The notes under the pieces are model-generated. The model ran no database searches, was not told the DNA's origin, and saw only the letters and a list, made by a program, of their open reading frames with translations. A program made the translations under genes and the position numbers. DNA of 64,000 nucleotides from Waterburya sp. (lineage in GTDB: Bacteria > Cyanobacteriota > Cyanobacteriia > Cyanobacteriales > Xenococcaceae), in the NCBI GenBank assembly GCA_965217895.1, contig CBDCJV010000002.1:1568001-1632000 (forward strand), in the 5' to 3' direction. Shown piece by piece: positions 1-10,237 of this stretch; the stretch's first letter is position 1; every line of letters begins with the position of its first letter.

Positions 1-2116
1 TTGATTTTTCTAATTCTGCAAGTGATGCAGGAAAAATTTTATAAGCAGGAGAGTCGGGTTGTAGTTTGAAGTTATCTTCCTGGGGTGCAACAAATAAGGG
101 ATCTATAATCAAAGAATAGCGATCGCGCCTTTGCCATTGTTGCCAAGATAAATTACCAAATAAGAAAGCAGATTTATCTGTTTGCCAATAGATATTATGC
201 TGAAAAACCGCATGAGATTGATAGTCTTTGTTTAAACCAGTAAACAGTTGACCCGATTGCCAATAGATAATATTATTTTCAAACCTAAAGCTGATAAAGT
301 CTTGCTCGCGAGCAGTTTGCAGGTCTTTTTTATGGCGGTGAATTTGAGATTCTTTTCCAAAGGCAAAGATATTATGACGAATTAGATTTTCTTTGCCGTA
401 GTGTTGAGCAAAACCGCCGTGGCTAGTGCCATAGACTAGATTGTGTTCTGCCACTATATAAGAACTACCTTCATCCAGATAAATTCCCCAACCACCATAG
501 CGTAAGGCATTGATATCGTGAATTTTGTTATGGCAAATTTTAGTTCCTTCTTGGCAGCCTAAGATATAAACACCACCCATATCGCTCATGATGGGACCAT
601 CACCATTGCTTAACTTGCCGATATGGTGAATGTTATTGTCTATAACTAAGTTTTGATAGCTTTGAGTTGGTTGAAAACTCCAATCACCCATAACTGCAAT
701 ACCAGTATAGTAGTAGTCGTGGATCTGATTGTCAGCTATAAGATTGTGGTGGCTTTTCCACACCGCAATGGCTGCTGCACTGTGAAAAAATTTTCCGCCA
801 GCATATAGATGATTGTTAACGATTAGATTGTGATGTGTTCCCCCAGCAGTATTTATACCAGAGTTATTTGGGTGTTTATCTCCAATTTTGATCCCCCCAG
901 CACCCAAATCAAACAAGGAGCAAGAAGAGATTCGGCTGTGTTGGCAGTCTTTGCCTAACTCCAAAGCATAATTGCCCAAATGAGAGAAAGTACAATCATT
1001 CCAGATACAGTTGCGTATAGCGATCGCTCTAACTGCACCTGGCACTTCCCAAGCATTTTGATTATAACCAGAGACGTTAGTAGGTAATTGCCAGTCTGTA
1101 TGAGAGAAAACTAATTGTTCAAAATTTAAATGCTGAATATATTTATTTTCTGCTGCTTCACCTTGAAAAATTAGCAGAGAATCTAGCACGGGAGCAATAA
1201 TTTCGGCGGTATCGATCTCTTCTGCTGGTAATGGCAAATAGTAAAGTTTAGCCTGTAGGCGGTCTAAATACCATTCCCCTGGAGTATTCAACCACTGTAG
1301 GGAATTTTCTAAGTAATATAAATCTCCAGGGGCAAGTTGAAAAACGCTATTTTTACTAAAATAAATCTGACGTTGAGTAGGATCTATTTTAACAACAGGT
1401 AAACGAGACTCTACCCAACGAGTCATCACTACCAGTTCTGCGCCTTCAAAAGCGGTAACGTTAGTATCGAATAAATCTCCTTGGTGATATTCAAAACTAG
1501 AATTTCCCTGTGTCCAAGTTTGTCCTTTAACGTCTACTGCCTTGATCTTTAGGTATCCTTGCTGAGGATAACGCGATCGCGATCGCCTTTTGCCATTTAC
1601 CCATAAATGCTGAAATTGCCATTTAGTCTCAGTGTCTTGGGGTAGCTTTACAGTCCACATTTTAAGCTTGTTAATCGTTTCTTTTTGCCAACCAGCAATT
1701 AATTGACCGCCACTGATAGTTGCTTGCTCTTTGGGGTAAGACTGATAGGTAATTGGCTGATTAATACTGCCTGAATCTTCTGGCTCAAATACTACTGGCT
1801 GAGATAAAAAATAAGTACCGCCTCGCAAGTTTATTTTAATCGGGCGAGCGCTATTTCGTCGTAATTTTAATTCTCTAGCTACTGTTTTCGCTTTAGCTAT
1901 AGTTGCGAATGGACCATCATTATTAAATAAACTTGCTGTTTCCAGCCTTCCTGACCAGGAATCATTACCGTTGAGGGCAACATACAAATTTATTGGCTCT
2001 GCATGGGCAAATAAAGGAGCAGTCAAAGCTGGCTTTTCTGTTGCTTTTAGACCTCTTTTGATGACGACGATGAGCCATCCTAATAAAATCTGTAATAAAA
2101 AAATACGACGCAGCAT
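1..2116 (-). CDS. Secreted right-handed parallel beta-helix repeat protein (putative polysaccharide-active enzyme); 3' end runs off the window
   Basis: Not in the ORF track. Manual translation from ATG 2116: MLRRIFLLQILLGWLIVV...LYVALNGNDSWSGRL...DGPFATIAKA, and near the edge DPLFVAPQEDNFKLQPDSPAY, in the same frame. Both motifs are typical of pectate-lyase-like beta-helix proteins. Confidence 0.85.
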   Translation of the reverse strand, partial: MLRRIFLLQILLGWLIVVIKRGLKATEKPALTAPLFAHAEPINLYVALNGNDSWSGRLETASLFNNDGPFATIAKAKTVARELKLRRNSARPIKINLRGGTYFLSQPVVFEPEDSGSINQPITYQSYPKEQATISGGQLIAGWQKETINKLKMWTVKLPQDTETKWQFQHLWVNGKRRSRSRYPQQGYLKIKAVDVKGQTWTQGNSSFEYHQGDLFDTNVTAFEGAELVVMTRWVESRLPVVKIDPTQRQIYFSKNSVFQLAPGDLYYLENSLQWLNTPGEWYLDRLQAKLYYLPLPAEEIDTAEIIAPVLDSLLIFQGEAAENKYIQHLNFEQLVFSHTDWQLPTNVSGYNQNAWEVPGAVRAIAIRNCIWNDCTFSHLGNYALELGKDCQHSRISSCSLFDLGAGGIKIGDKHPNNSGINTAGGTHHNLIVNNHLYAGGKFFHSAAAIAVWKSHHNLIADNQIHDYYYTGIAVMGDWSFQPTQSYQNLVIDNNIHHIGKLSNGDGPIMSDMGGVYILGCQEGTKICHNKIHDINALRYGGWGIYLDEGSSYIVAEHNLVYGTSHGGFAQHYGKENLIRHNIFAFGKESQIHRHKKDLQTAREQDFISFRFENNIIYWQSGQLFTGLNKDYQSHAVFQHNIYWQTDKSAFLFGNLSWQQWQRRDRYSLIIDPLFVAPQEDNFKLQPDSPAYKIFPASLAELEKS

Positions 2117-2121
2117 AATAG

Positions 2122-2251
2122 TACAGTTAGAGTAGTTTGGACAGTTTTCTTTGACTACAAACTACAAACTACAAACTCAATATTACAGTTAGAGTAGTTT
2201 GGACAGTTTTCTTTGACTACAAACTACGAACTACAAACTCAATATTACAGT
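2122..2251. repeat. 62-bp tandem duplication (2 copies plus 6 bp) containing ACTACAA heptamers
   Basis: TACAGTTAGAGTAGTTTGGACAGTTTTCTTTGACTACAAACTAC(A/G)AACTACAAACTCAATAT at 2122 and 2184, one mismatch. Confidence 0.95.
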
Positions 2252-2339
2252 GTCATAAATTTGAGCTTTAATAGTAATGAACTTTTATTAGACATTGTTT
2301 TGGATTTGAGTCTATTTCCAAGTCAATGATAAATTGTAA

Positions 2340-3737
2340 ATGATCAATGAAATGACTCAAGCTCAACCCTCCCTAGAGTTTGTTCCCCCAGACTATAATT
2401 CTTTAGTGTGGCAAGTGGCAAAGTTAATATCGCCATTCTGGTTACGTTACAACCTTAATATTGTTAGCGTCAAGATTGATAACGCCACGGAATTGATTAA
2501 TTTATTTAGTCAATTTCAGCAGGGAAAAACTCGGTTTATGCTGGCATTTCGTCATCCTGCTGTTACCGATCCTCCCTGTATTGCTCAGTTGTTATGGAAT
2601 CAGTTACCCCAGATAGCTAACCAACAAGGAGTAAATTTAAAATCTCCCGTACACGCTCACTTTATTTACGATCGCGGTATTCCTCTTTGGGCAGGTAATA
2701 AAGTAGGCTGGGGAATCTCTAAATTAGGGGGGACTCCCATTCGCAGGGGTGCATTGGATCGAGTTGGTTTACGTTCGGTGCGAGATTTATTTGTGCATGG
2801 CAAGTTGCCCATGGCTGCTGCACCCGAAGGCGCAACTAACGGTCATAATGATTTAATTAGTCCTCTAGAGCCTGGTATTGCTCAGTTTGGCTTTTGGTGC
2901 AAGGAAGATTTGCTCAAGGCTGATCGTGCTGAAAATGTGGCGATCGCCCCTTTAGGCATAAGATATTATTATCAAACCGCACCCTGGCAATATTTAGATG
3001 AATTGCTAGCTCAATTAGAAGTCGATAGTGGCTTACTAGATATCATCCCAAACAGCATGGGATTAGCAAACGGTGTTGCCCCTACCAAAAGCCAAGAAGA
3101 TATTCTTTATCAAAGACTTTATACTCTAGCAGAATATCTTTTAGCTTTAATGGAGGAGTTTTATAGTAAGTTTTATCAGCAGCAGCTAGTTGCCAAAAAT
3201 CAAGATTTACCTAGTCGCCTTCAGGCTTTATTAGATGCTGCTTTAAAGGTGGCTGAACAGTCTTTGGGAGTTAAACCTAATGGGAGCATCAGCGATCGCT
3301 GTCGTCGTGTAGAACAGGCAGGCTGGAATCGTATTTATCGCGACGATCTATCAACATTAGATAATCTTGCCCCTGCCGTCAAAGGTTTGGCGGATCTGAT
3401 CGCCTTAGAAGCAGAGTTGCGCTTGTGGCATATGCGCTTGGTAGAAAATTTTGTCAGCGTCACAGGACACTACGTAGCCGAAAAGCGAACTGTAGAAAGG
3501 TTCGCCGACACTATTTTACTATTGTGGAAAATGGTAGCCCGACTTAAGGGAGAATCTGACGGTAAAACCCCTTATCTTGGTAAAAAAACTGTCCAGATGA
3601 CGGCTATGCCCGCGCTTTTTATCGATCAATACTGGGAACAATATAAATCTAATCGTCGCCTAGCAGTTGAAGATCTAACCCAAGATCTTAGCTCAGCTTT
3701 AGGAAAATCAATTGATAGCAGTACAAACTGTGCTTAA
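2340..3737 (+). CDS. Phospholipid/glycerol acyltransferase (PlsC-domain) family protein
   Basis: HxxxxD motif (FRHPAVTDP), GGTPIRRG, APEG motifs. Confidence 0.8.
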   Translation: MINEMTQAQPSLEFVPPDYNSLVWQVAKLISPFWLRYNLNIVSVKIDNATELINLFSQFQQGKTRFMLAFRHPAVTDPPCIAQLLWNQLPQIANQQGVNLKSPVHAHFIYDRGIPLWAGNKVGWGISKLGGTPIRRGALDRVGLRSVRDLFVHGKLPMAAAPEGATNGHNDLISPLEPGIAQFGFWCKEDLLKADRAENVAIAPLGIRYYYQTAPWQYLDELLAQLEVDSGLLDIIPNSMGLANGVAPTKSQEDILYQRLYTLAEYLLALMEEFYSKFYQQQLVAKNQDLPSRLQALLDAALKVAEQSLGVKPNGSISDRCRRVEQAGWNRIYRDDLSTLDNLAPAVKGLADLIALEAELRLWHMRLVENFVSVTGHYVAEKRTVERFADTILLLWKMVARLKGESDGKTPYLGKKTVQMTAMPALFIDQYWEQYKSNRRLAVEDLTQDLSSALGKSIDSSTNCA

Positions 3738-3750
3738 AATAATACGAATC

Positions 3751-3777
3751 GTAGGGGCAATCGCGATTCGCCCCTAC
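3751..3777. repeat. REP-like palindrome GTAGGGGC...GCCCCTAC
   Basis: GTAGGGGCAATCGCGATTCGCCCCTAC; related copies at 7686, 49135, 49433. Confidence 0.85.
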
Positions 3778-3802
3778 ATAAACCTGATGTCATATTTTAA
3801 AA

Positions 3803-5134
3803 ATGAAACTTCTCTACCGCCTGTTTTGTTTTAGCTATGGAATACAGCAGTGGTTAGTTAGACGTTTTACTACTGGTGGATTCGCTATTTTAGTTTGCCT
3901 GTTGGCTGCTGCAATCATTGGTCTGGATACTAAGCAGACTATGGCATATCAGGTTTTTGCTTTTCTGTTGGCGGTTTTAATTATGGCGATCGCCTTTAGC
4001 TTTTATTTCCGCTGGCGATTCAGCGCAACCCGCACATTACCCAGGTTTGCTACAGTCGGCGTTAAAGTTTTTTATCCCCTAGTTATTACTAACAAAACTA
4101 AGAAAATACAGACGGGATTAAAATTCATCGAAGAGATTGCTCATCCTAAATTAAGTTTAGGCGAATTTAAGCAAGTAGTAAAATCTTCTACCAAAAAAGG
4201 CAGAATTAATTCGATCACCTATATTTATATTCGTTGGTTAAAAGCGATCGCTCGCCAAAGAAAAGCTCAAGCCAAGGCGATCAATTTACCTATCCTCAAG
4301 CCCGACATCGAAACCAAAATTCGAGGCGAAATCACGCCAACTCATCGAGGAGTCGTTCGACTGACCCGAATTACAATTTTACGCCCCGATCCATTTAATT
4401 TATTTAATGCCATAAAAACCATCAGCCTGCCTCAATCACTATTAGTTTTACCCCAAAGATATCAGCTACCAATAATTAATTTACCAGGATCGAGAATGTC
4501 TCAATCTGGTAGCGTTAGTTTAGCTTCTTCTGTAGGCGATTCAGAAGAGTTTGTCTCTTTGCGAGATTATCGCCCAGGCGATCCCCTACGTAAAATTCAT
4601 TGGCAAAGCTGGGCAAAAACAGGTAAACCAGTAGTTAAGGAAGAAAAAAGCGAGTATTTTGTGCGTCATGCCCTAGTACTAGATACTTTCCAATCCCAAA
4701 GCCAAAGCGAAATTCTCGAAGAAGCCATTTCTGTAGCAGCATCTTTTGCTTGGGATCTCCATACTCAAGAATCATTGTTGGATCTCATGTTTGTAGGCAT
4801 AGAATCTTATTGCTTTACGGCTGGGAGAGGTTTGGGCAGTAGCGAACAAATGCTAGAGATTTTAGCAGGGGTTACGGCTTGTCAGGATAAAACTTTTAAT
4901 TATCTAACTGCTGCCCTAATAGAGCGAATATCAGTGCTGAGTGGCTGTATTTGTATTTTTATTGATTGGGATGAAGAAAGAAAGAAGCTAGTGGAATATC
5001 TCCAAGGATTTAAAATTCCGCTTTTGCTGTTGCTCATTACCCAGGAAGAAAAGCAGTACAGTCATCTCAATGTAGAAAATTTACATATATTACCATTGGG
5101 CAAAATACAGTCAGCACTTATGAATATTAGTTAG
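3803..5134 (+). CDS. DUF58 domain-containing membrane protein (MoxR-associated family)
   Basis: EEFVSLRDYRPGDPLRKIHWQSWAK motif; two N-terminal TM helices. Confidence 0.9.
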   Translation: MKLLYRLFCFSYGIQQWLVRRFTTGGFAILVCLLAAAIIGLDTKQTMAYQVFAFLLAVLIMAIAFSFYFRWRFSATRTLPRFATVGVKVFYPLVITNKTKKIQTGLKFIEEIAHPKLSLGEFKQVVKSSTKKGRINSITYIYIRWLKAIARQRKAQAKAINLPILKPDIETKIRGEITPTHRGVVRLTRITILRPDPFNLFNAIKTISLPQSLLVLPQRYQLPIINLPGSRMSQSGSVSLASSVGDSEEFVSLRDYRPGDPLRKIHWQSWAKTGKPVVKEEKSEYFVRHALVLDTFQSQSQSEILEEAISVAASFAWDLHTQESLLDLMFVGIESYCFTAGRGLGSSEQMLEILAGVTACQDKTFNYLTAALIERISVLSGCICIFIDWDEERKKLVEYLQGFKIPLLLLLITQEEKQYSHLNVENLHILPLGKIQSALMNIS

Positions 5135-5143
5135 TTTTTAGCT

Positions 5144-5178
5144 AAAAAAAACTCCCAGTAGTTTAATACTGAGAGTTT
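5144..5178. terminator. Probable intrinsic terminator between convergent genes
   Basis: A-run followed by AACTCCCAGTA-gtttaa-TACTGAGAGTT hairpin. Confidence 0.55.
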
Positions 5179-5224
5179 CGATAAAACTGAATATTAGGTC
5201 GCTGAATTTAAATTCAACGCTAAG

Positions 5225-6889
5225 TTAATTATTTTTAAAAGAATTAACCCAAGATTTGAGTTCTTCTCTAGCGACTTCTCGACCACCTAAGCCAAATGCC
5301 AGAGCGATCGCCACAGCAATTCCCCCTAGAATCAACCCGAAAGCCAGGTTAACAATATTAGGAGCAATTCCCATACGGTTTAACGCCATCGCGCCTACAA
5401 GAGTAATAATCGCCACACGAGCAGATTGTGCCAGCAAACGCGATTGAGTAGTTCCTGAAGCTACGATCATTTTGTAAGCAAAATTTGCCAGGTACAGACC
5501 AATAGCAAAGACAACTACTCCAATCAAAACTTGGCCAGCGATCGCTAGAATGATGCGGAAGACATCTTCTAAGGCAGGGATTCCTAGAATATTTACGGCT
5601 GTTAAAGTGGCAACCAGCATGATTGCTACTAAACAAATCAAGCCAACTAACTCTGAAGGCGTTTTGGAACTTACACTAGGTCCAGTTTGAATTCTGGTAG
5701 GTTGCTCGCTAGCTAAACCTAATTCTACTGGTCTGTCTAAAGGTTGCGATCCTGAAGGAGGAAAGTCAGTGCCAGCACCAGCAGTAGTAGATGATATTCC
5801 TAGCCACTGGAACAAGTTGTTAAAGCCAATATTAGTCAGAATATTGGTAACAAATTCAGATACAAACTGTCCTGCAAAGTAGAAGAAAGCAAGAACTATA
5901 GCTGCTGCAAATAGTTTTGGAACCAAGTCTAAAACTTGATTCAGCATCTCAGTAGCAGGTTCTGAGATAGCACTAATTTGTAACTGTTGTAAGGCAGAAA
6001 TAATACCTGGAATCAAAATCAGTACAAAAACTACTGTGCCGATAATGGAAGATAAAGATTGGCTTCCAGTAGTACGCCCTAGTCCAACTTTACGACCGAT
6101 ATTATCTACACCAGTAGCAGCTAATAGATTAGTGACAATGCGCTTGACAATAGTTGCTACAAACCAAAATACAGCAGCAATTATGATTGCTCCTAAAATA
6201 TTTGGCAATAGTGCCAAAATCTCATTGAGCATTCCTTGAACTGGCTCAAGGGTTCCGTTTAACTCTAGTGCATTAAGTATTGCTGGAAGGAACAAAAGAA
6301 AGATCAGCCAATATAGGGCATTGCCTAAAGTATCAGTCAAGGAAAAATCGCCAGTGTCTGACGAAGTTAAGCCTAAACGCTGCTCTATATTCAACGCGCC
6401 CAATCCTCTAGTCACTATTGTTTTGACAACAGTTGCTACTACCCAAGCAATACCCAGTAAAAAGGCTGCTCCCAAAATTTTGGGAATAAAGCCTGTTATC
6501 TGGTCTAAGAGCGTATTTAAAGGGCCAGATACCGCCTGCAAATTAAGCGTATTCAAAGCAGCTATAATGACAAAGAGCATTATTAGCCAGAAGCATAAGG
6601 TGGCAATCCAGCTTTCAATCGGGAAAGACTCTCCGCCTCTTTGCCCTGTAACAGCAGCAGCAATTCGATTATCTATACTGGTGCTGTTAAGTATCTTTTT
6701 AACAACTCCTTTGACAATGGCGGCTATAATCCAGCCGACAATCAAGATAAGAAGTGCTTTAACAAAGCTCCAGATATCAACTCCTAATTGACCCTGAAGT
6801 TGCTGTATGGGATTTGCCTGAGCCTGAGGATTTGCCTGAGCCAAAAGCAAAGGATCTAGGAACGAAATATTACTAAGTATTTGTGTCAT
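5225..6889 (-). CDS. TM-helix-repeat / mechanosensitive channel-related (CmpX-like) membrane protein
   Basis: Repeated 'P.I/L.gA...L...W..A..V..IV..LL' units; C-terminal AIALAFGLGGRE. Confidence 0.8.
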   Translation of the reverse strand: MTQILSNISFLDPLLLAQANPQAQANPIQQLQGQLGVDIWSFVKALLILIVGWIIAAIVKGVVKKILNSTSIDNRIAAAVTGQRGGESFPIESWIATLCFWLIMLFVIIAALNTLNLQAVSGPLNTLLDQITGFIPKILGAAFLLGIAWVVATVVKTIVTRGLGALNIEQRLGLTSSDTGDFSLTDTLGNALYWLIFLLFLPAILNALELNGTLEPVQGMLNEILALLPNILGAIIIAAVFWFVATIVKRIVTNLLAATGVDNIGRKVGLGRTTGSQSLSSIIGTVVFVLILIPGIISALQQLQISAISEPATEMLNQVLDLVPKLFAAAIVLAFFYFAGQFVSEFVTNILTNIGFNNLFQWLGISSTTAGAGTDFPPSGSQPLDRPVELGLASEQPTRIQTGPSVSSKTPSELVGLICLVAIMLVATLTAVNILGIPALEDVFRIILAIAGQVLIGVVVFAIGLYLANFAYKMIVASGTTQSRLLAQSARVAIITLVGAMALNRMGIAPNIVNLAFGLILGGIAVAIALAFGLGGREVAREELKSWVNSFKNN

Positions 6890-7222
6890 GTTTGTTTAGT
6901 TTTAATTCATCTAGTTATTCTCGCCATAAATAGTAGCGGGAATCAATACAGATGTCTTGTTATTTTTACAAGTAAGTATATTTTCCTGTGGTAATTATGC
7001 CAAATCAAATCCCAGATGCTTAAAAAATTAATGTTCTTAGCTTTTTTTCAGCCAATTTGCTGAGTTTAAACTTAATATTTTTATACCTTTTTCCAAAATC
7101 ACAATAAATTTGCAGTGTCTAATTTTACAAAAACTGGCTGATTATCTAAAAATAAAGAGAAGATTAAATATATAGTACCTACATTTGTTATCGGATTTAT
7201 ATTCGTATTTTCGCTCAAACCT

Positions 7223-7684
7223 ATGGCATCTCCTCAAATTTTTGAACAGTCTATTAAAATCAAAGCCAGTTCTGTAATCACCGAAGAATGTATAACAAAC
7301 TTAAAATTAATGCACCGTTGGCTAAATCCAATGCTTAAGTGTGAACCAATTGGCGTTTGGAGTACGAGTGTAGGCAGCCTGAGTCGTTTTACGCTTAAAA
7401 TTCCTCTATTACAGCCAAGTCTTAGAAGCGTTGTGATCGAAAAAGAACCAGGTCTAATTGTCTGGGAATTTGATGGTTTTTTTAAAGGACGCGATCGCTG
7501 GGAATGTCAACCGACTAAAGATGGTACGTTTCTTTTAAATCGTTTTGAATTTGCTATCCCTAACCCTATTATTGGCTGGGGATTTAACAATTTTGCGGTA
7601 AATTTAACCAAAAAAGATATGCAGGCACAGCTAAGAAGATTAAAAAGAGTGGCAGAGGAAGTCTATCGTGATAGTGACAACTAA
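7223..7684 (+). CDS. SRPBCC (polyketide cyclase/dehydrase-like) family protein
   Basis: Size and START-like pattern (LMHRWLNP, WEFDGFFKGRDRW, C-terminal QLRRLK helix). Confidence 0.75.
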   Translation: MASPQIFEQSIKIKASSVITEECITNLKLMHRWLNPMLKCEPIGVWSTSVGSLSRFTLKIPLLQPSLRSVVIEKEPGLIVWEFDGFFKGRDRWECQPTKDGTFLLNRFEFAIPNPIIGWGFNNFAVNLTKKDMQAQLRRLKRVAEEVYRDSDN

Positions 7685-7685
7685 T

Positions 7686-7732
7686 GTAGGGGCAATTAGC
7701 GTTGGCGAAGCCTTCTCGAATATCGCCCCTAC
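7686..7732. repeat. REP-like palindrome with about 20 nt nested insert; overlaps recJ stop
   Basis: GTAGGGGCAATT-agcgttggcgaagccttctc-GAATATCGCCCCTAC. Confidence 0.8.
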
Positions 7733-10083
7733 TGATTATGCAAAAGTTGTCTATTAATCGTCGGCAAGGGGACTTTGTAAAAGTATTGCCGTTGAAAATT
7801 CTCTTCTTTTATGGTTAACAAAAAAGTGTCTATTTGATTATTCAGATTGGCATCGAGATTTTCTTCAAAGGCAAACTGATATAAATTATCTTTTATTTGG
7901 CATTGAAAACCCAACGTCTTAAGAGCCTGCAATCCTAGATTAAAACTATAGTCGCTTAAGTTTAATTTTGCTTGTATTTGAGCTTTAGTCACCTGTTTTT
8001 GAGTACGGCTTAAAAATTTGGCAATACCTACTAGCTGCTGCCAGACCTCTGTAACATCTGGTAATTTATCAGATGTATATGCCAGGACAAGAGAGCGATC
8101 GCGATTTACTGCCTGATGGTACGAAGAGCGAATATCACCCCAGTTATTAGGACACTGCTCTAGGAGGTTAACCTGAGATAAGGGTACTTCTAAATTGTTT
8201 AATTTTTGAGGAGCAAAACGACGATCTATAACTGCAGGTGCTTGTTCAAAAGTAGAATCGATTGAAGAACTTTCTGACATTAAACGTACTGCGACCAATC
8301 TAATTTCATACTGTTTACTGTAGGTATTAAAATCCAATTCGGCGATCGCTTCACATTTTCCCGTGACGGGTATTTCGTCTTTATAATGTCCCCACCAAAG
8401 ACCAGGAAATCCCTGATTGGCTGAATCATCCCAAATATTAAAAGTAGTCCTGATATATTGAACTTGTTGTCCGCGACTATCTTTAATATTTTTATTCCAA
8501 GCATTTTTAAACCAGCAGTTTTTAATTAATAACTTAGGAATAGGATTTCCCATTCCATAGGGTTCAAGCTGTCTTAATTCATTAAATAAATCTTCTCCCA
8601 AATCCGCCACCGTAACTACCAAATCCGCTTCAATTTGAGGCATCATAGCTGAGACATCAGTTTGCTGTCTTAGTTGCTGGTTTATGCCTTGCTTAAACAA
8701 ATTTAGATTAGCTAGAGGCAAACTCAATCCCGCAGCAAAAGGATGTCCCCCAAAGCGATGTAACAGATCGGACTGGGATTTAACTAACTTATATAAATCG
8801 ATCCCGTTGACAGATCTTGCCGATCCTCTTGCCATTATTTCTTCTGAATTATCACTGTTATCCTGTGTGGTTGCCTTTTTGTTTGCGCTATCGCTACTTA
8901 ACAAAACCGTCGGACGACCATATTCTTGGGCAATTTGTCCCGCAGCCAAACCCAATAATCCTCCCTGCCATTGAGGATCTTCGAGGACAATTACCGAGGT
9001 GGTAGATAAATCTAATTGCTCTAACTTTTTAGTAACCTGTTTAATGGTGTCCTTTTGTAGAGACTTGCGCCGAGTATTAGCCAATTCTGCTTCTTCAGCT
9101 AGCTGGCTGCATTTTTGAGCATCACGACTAGTAAGCAACTCCACACAAAAACTAGCATCACCATGAATACGGCTAACAGCATTAATTCTAGGCCCTAAGC
9201 CAAACGAAATATCCGTCGGGCGATCGCCATTTCGACGGCATAAATCTAATAATTTAGCTACCCCTGGACGAGTCATAGTCTCTGCTTTGACCTGTTTTTG
9301 TAGCTGCTTAATTCCCACCTGTGCTAAATAGCGACAGTCGCCTTTCAACTCAACCAAGTCGGCAATTAGACCAATGGCAACCAGATCTAATAAATTCTCT
9401 AATGGCTGTTGGGGAACATCGGGTAAAGCTGTATATAAAGCTTCAACCAGTTTGTATGCCACTGCTACCCCAGAAAGATTATATAAAGGGTGATCGGTTG
9501 CTAAATAACGAGGATTGATAATTGCTGTTACTTCGGGACGAGTTTCAGGCAAAGTATGATGATCGGTAACGATAATATCAATACCTAGATGCTTTGCATA
9601 TTCAATCTCTGCTAAATTTGTACTCCCCGTGTCGCAGGTAACAATTAACTTTGTCCCCGCCTCTGCCAATCTAGCTATGCCAGAATTATTTAAACCGTGA
9701 GACTCGGTAATTCGATTGGGAATATAGTAATCAAGCTGCAAATATTGCGGAAAAAACTGTCCTAGTCCATCCCATAAAACGCTAGTAGAAGTGATACCAT
9801 CCGCATCAAAGTCCCCCCAGATCGTAACCTTTTGAGAGCGATCGCGAGCCTGCTGTAGACGCTTTATCGCCCAATCCATTTCTATACCAAAAGCACTAGG
9901 ACTACTAGGCTGATATTGAGTAGGATCGAGAAATCCCGATAGGCGATCTAAATCTTGGATTCCTCTTTGCCACAGCAATTGCGCGACATACTGAGAACTT
10001 CTACCCGTAATCTTTGCCACCCCTTCAATAAATTCCTGGGGTATATCTGATGCCGATAAAATCTTCCACTTGGCGTTTAACAT
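7729..10083 (-). CDS. recJ: Single-stranded-DNA-specific exonuclease RecJ
   Basis: GDFDADG, TCDTG, TDHH, RGSARS, FGGHPFAAG DHH/DHHA1 motifs. Confidence 0.95.
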   Translation of the reverse strand: MLNAKWKILSASDIPQEFIEGVAKITGRSSQYVAQLLWQRGIQDLDRLSGFLDPTQYQPSSPSAFGIEMDWAIKRLQQARDRSQKVTIWGDFDADGITSTSVLWDGLGQFFPQYLQLDYYIPNRITESHGLNNSGIARLAEAGTKLIVTCDTGSTNLAEIEYAKHLGIDIIVTDHHTLPETRPEVTAIINPRYLATDHPLYNLSGVAVAYKLVEALYTALPDVPQQPLENLLDLVAIGLIADLVELKGDCRYLAQVGIKQLQKQVKAETMTRPGVAKLLDLCRRNGDRPTDISFGLGPRINAVSRIHGDASFCVELLTSRDAQKCSQLAEEAELANTRRKSLQKDTIKQVTKKLEQLDLSTTSVIVLEDPQWQGGLLGLAAGQIAQEYGRPTVLLSSDSANKKATTQDNSDNSEEIMARGSARSVNGIDLYKLVKSQSDLLHRFGGHPFAAGLSLPLANLNLFKQGINQQLRQQTDVSAMMPQIEADLVVTVADLGEDLFNELRQLEPYGMGNPIPKLLIKNCWFKNAWNKNIKDSRGQQVQYIRTTFNIWDDSANQGFPGLWWGHYKDEIPVTGKCEAIAELDFNTYSKQYEIRLVAVRLMSESSSIDSTFEQAPAVIDRRFAPQKLNNLEVPLSQVNLLEQCPNNWGDIRSSYHQAVNRDRSLVLAYTSDKLPDVTEVWQQLVGIAKFLSRTQKQVTKAQIQAKLNLSDYSFNLGLQALKTLGFQCQIKDNLYQFAFEENLDANLNNQIDTFLLTIKEENFQRQYFYKVPLPTINRQLLHNQ

Positions 10084-10159
10084 TTATTAGTAATTGTAAG
10101 ACTGCTTAAATTACATTTTCTTAGACATATTCTAATTCGCACAGAGTATATTTCTTAGA

Positions 10160-10194
10160 AGCTAAGAGCTAAGAGCTAAAAGCTGATAGCTAAA
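10160..10194. repeat. Heptamer short tandem repeat (AGCTAAG-type)
   Basis: agctaag agctaag agctaaa agctgat agctaaa; similar tracts near 21520 and 61030. Confidence 0.8.
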
Positions 10195-10237
10195 AACAAT
10201 AACATTAACGATTCCAAACTTTCAATTACAAATACCT

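Noticed and set aside
2122..2251. Possible CRISPR array
   Set aside because: Two contiguous copies with no spacers and no cas genes in the window
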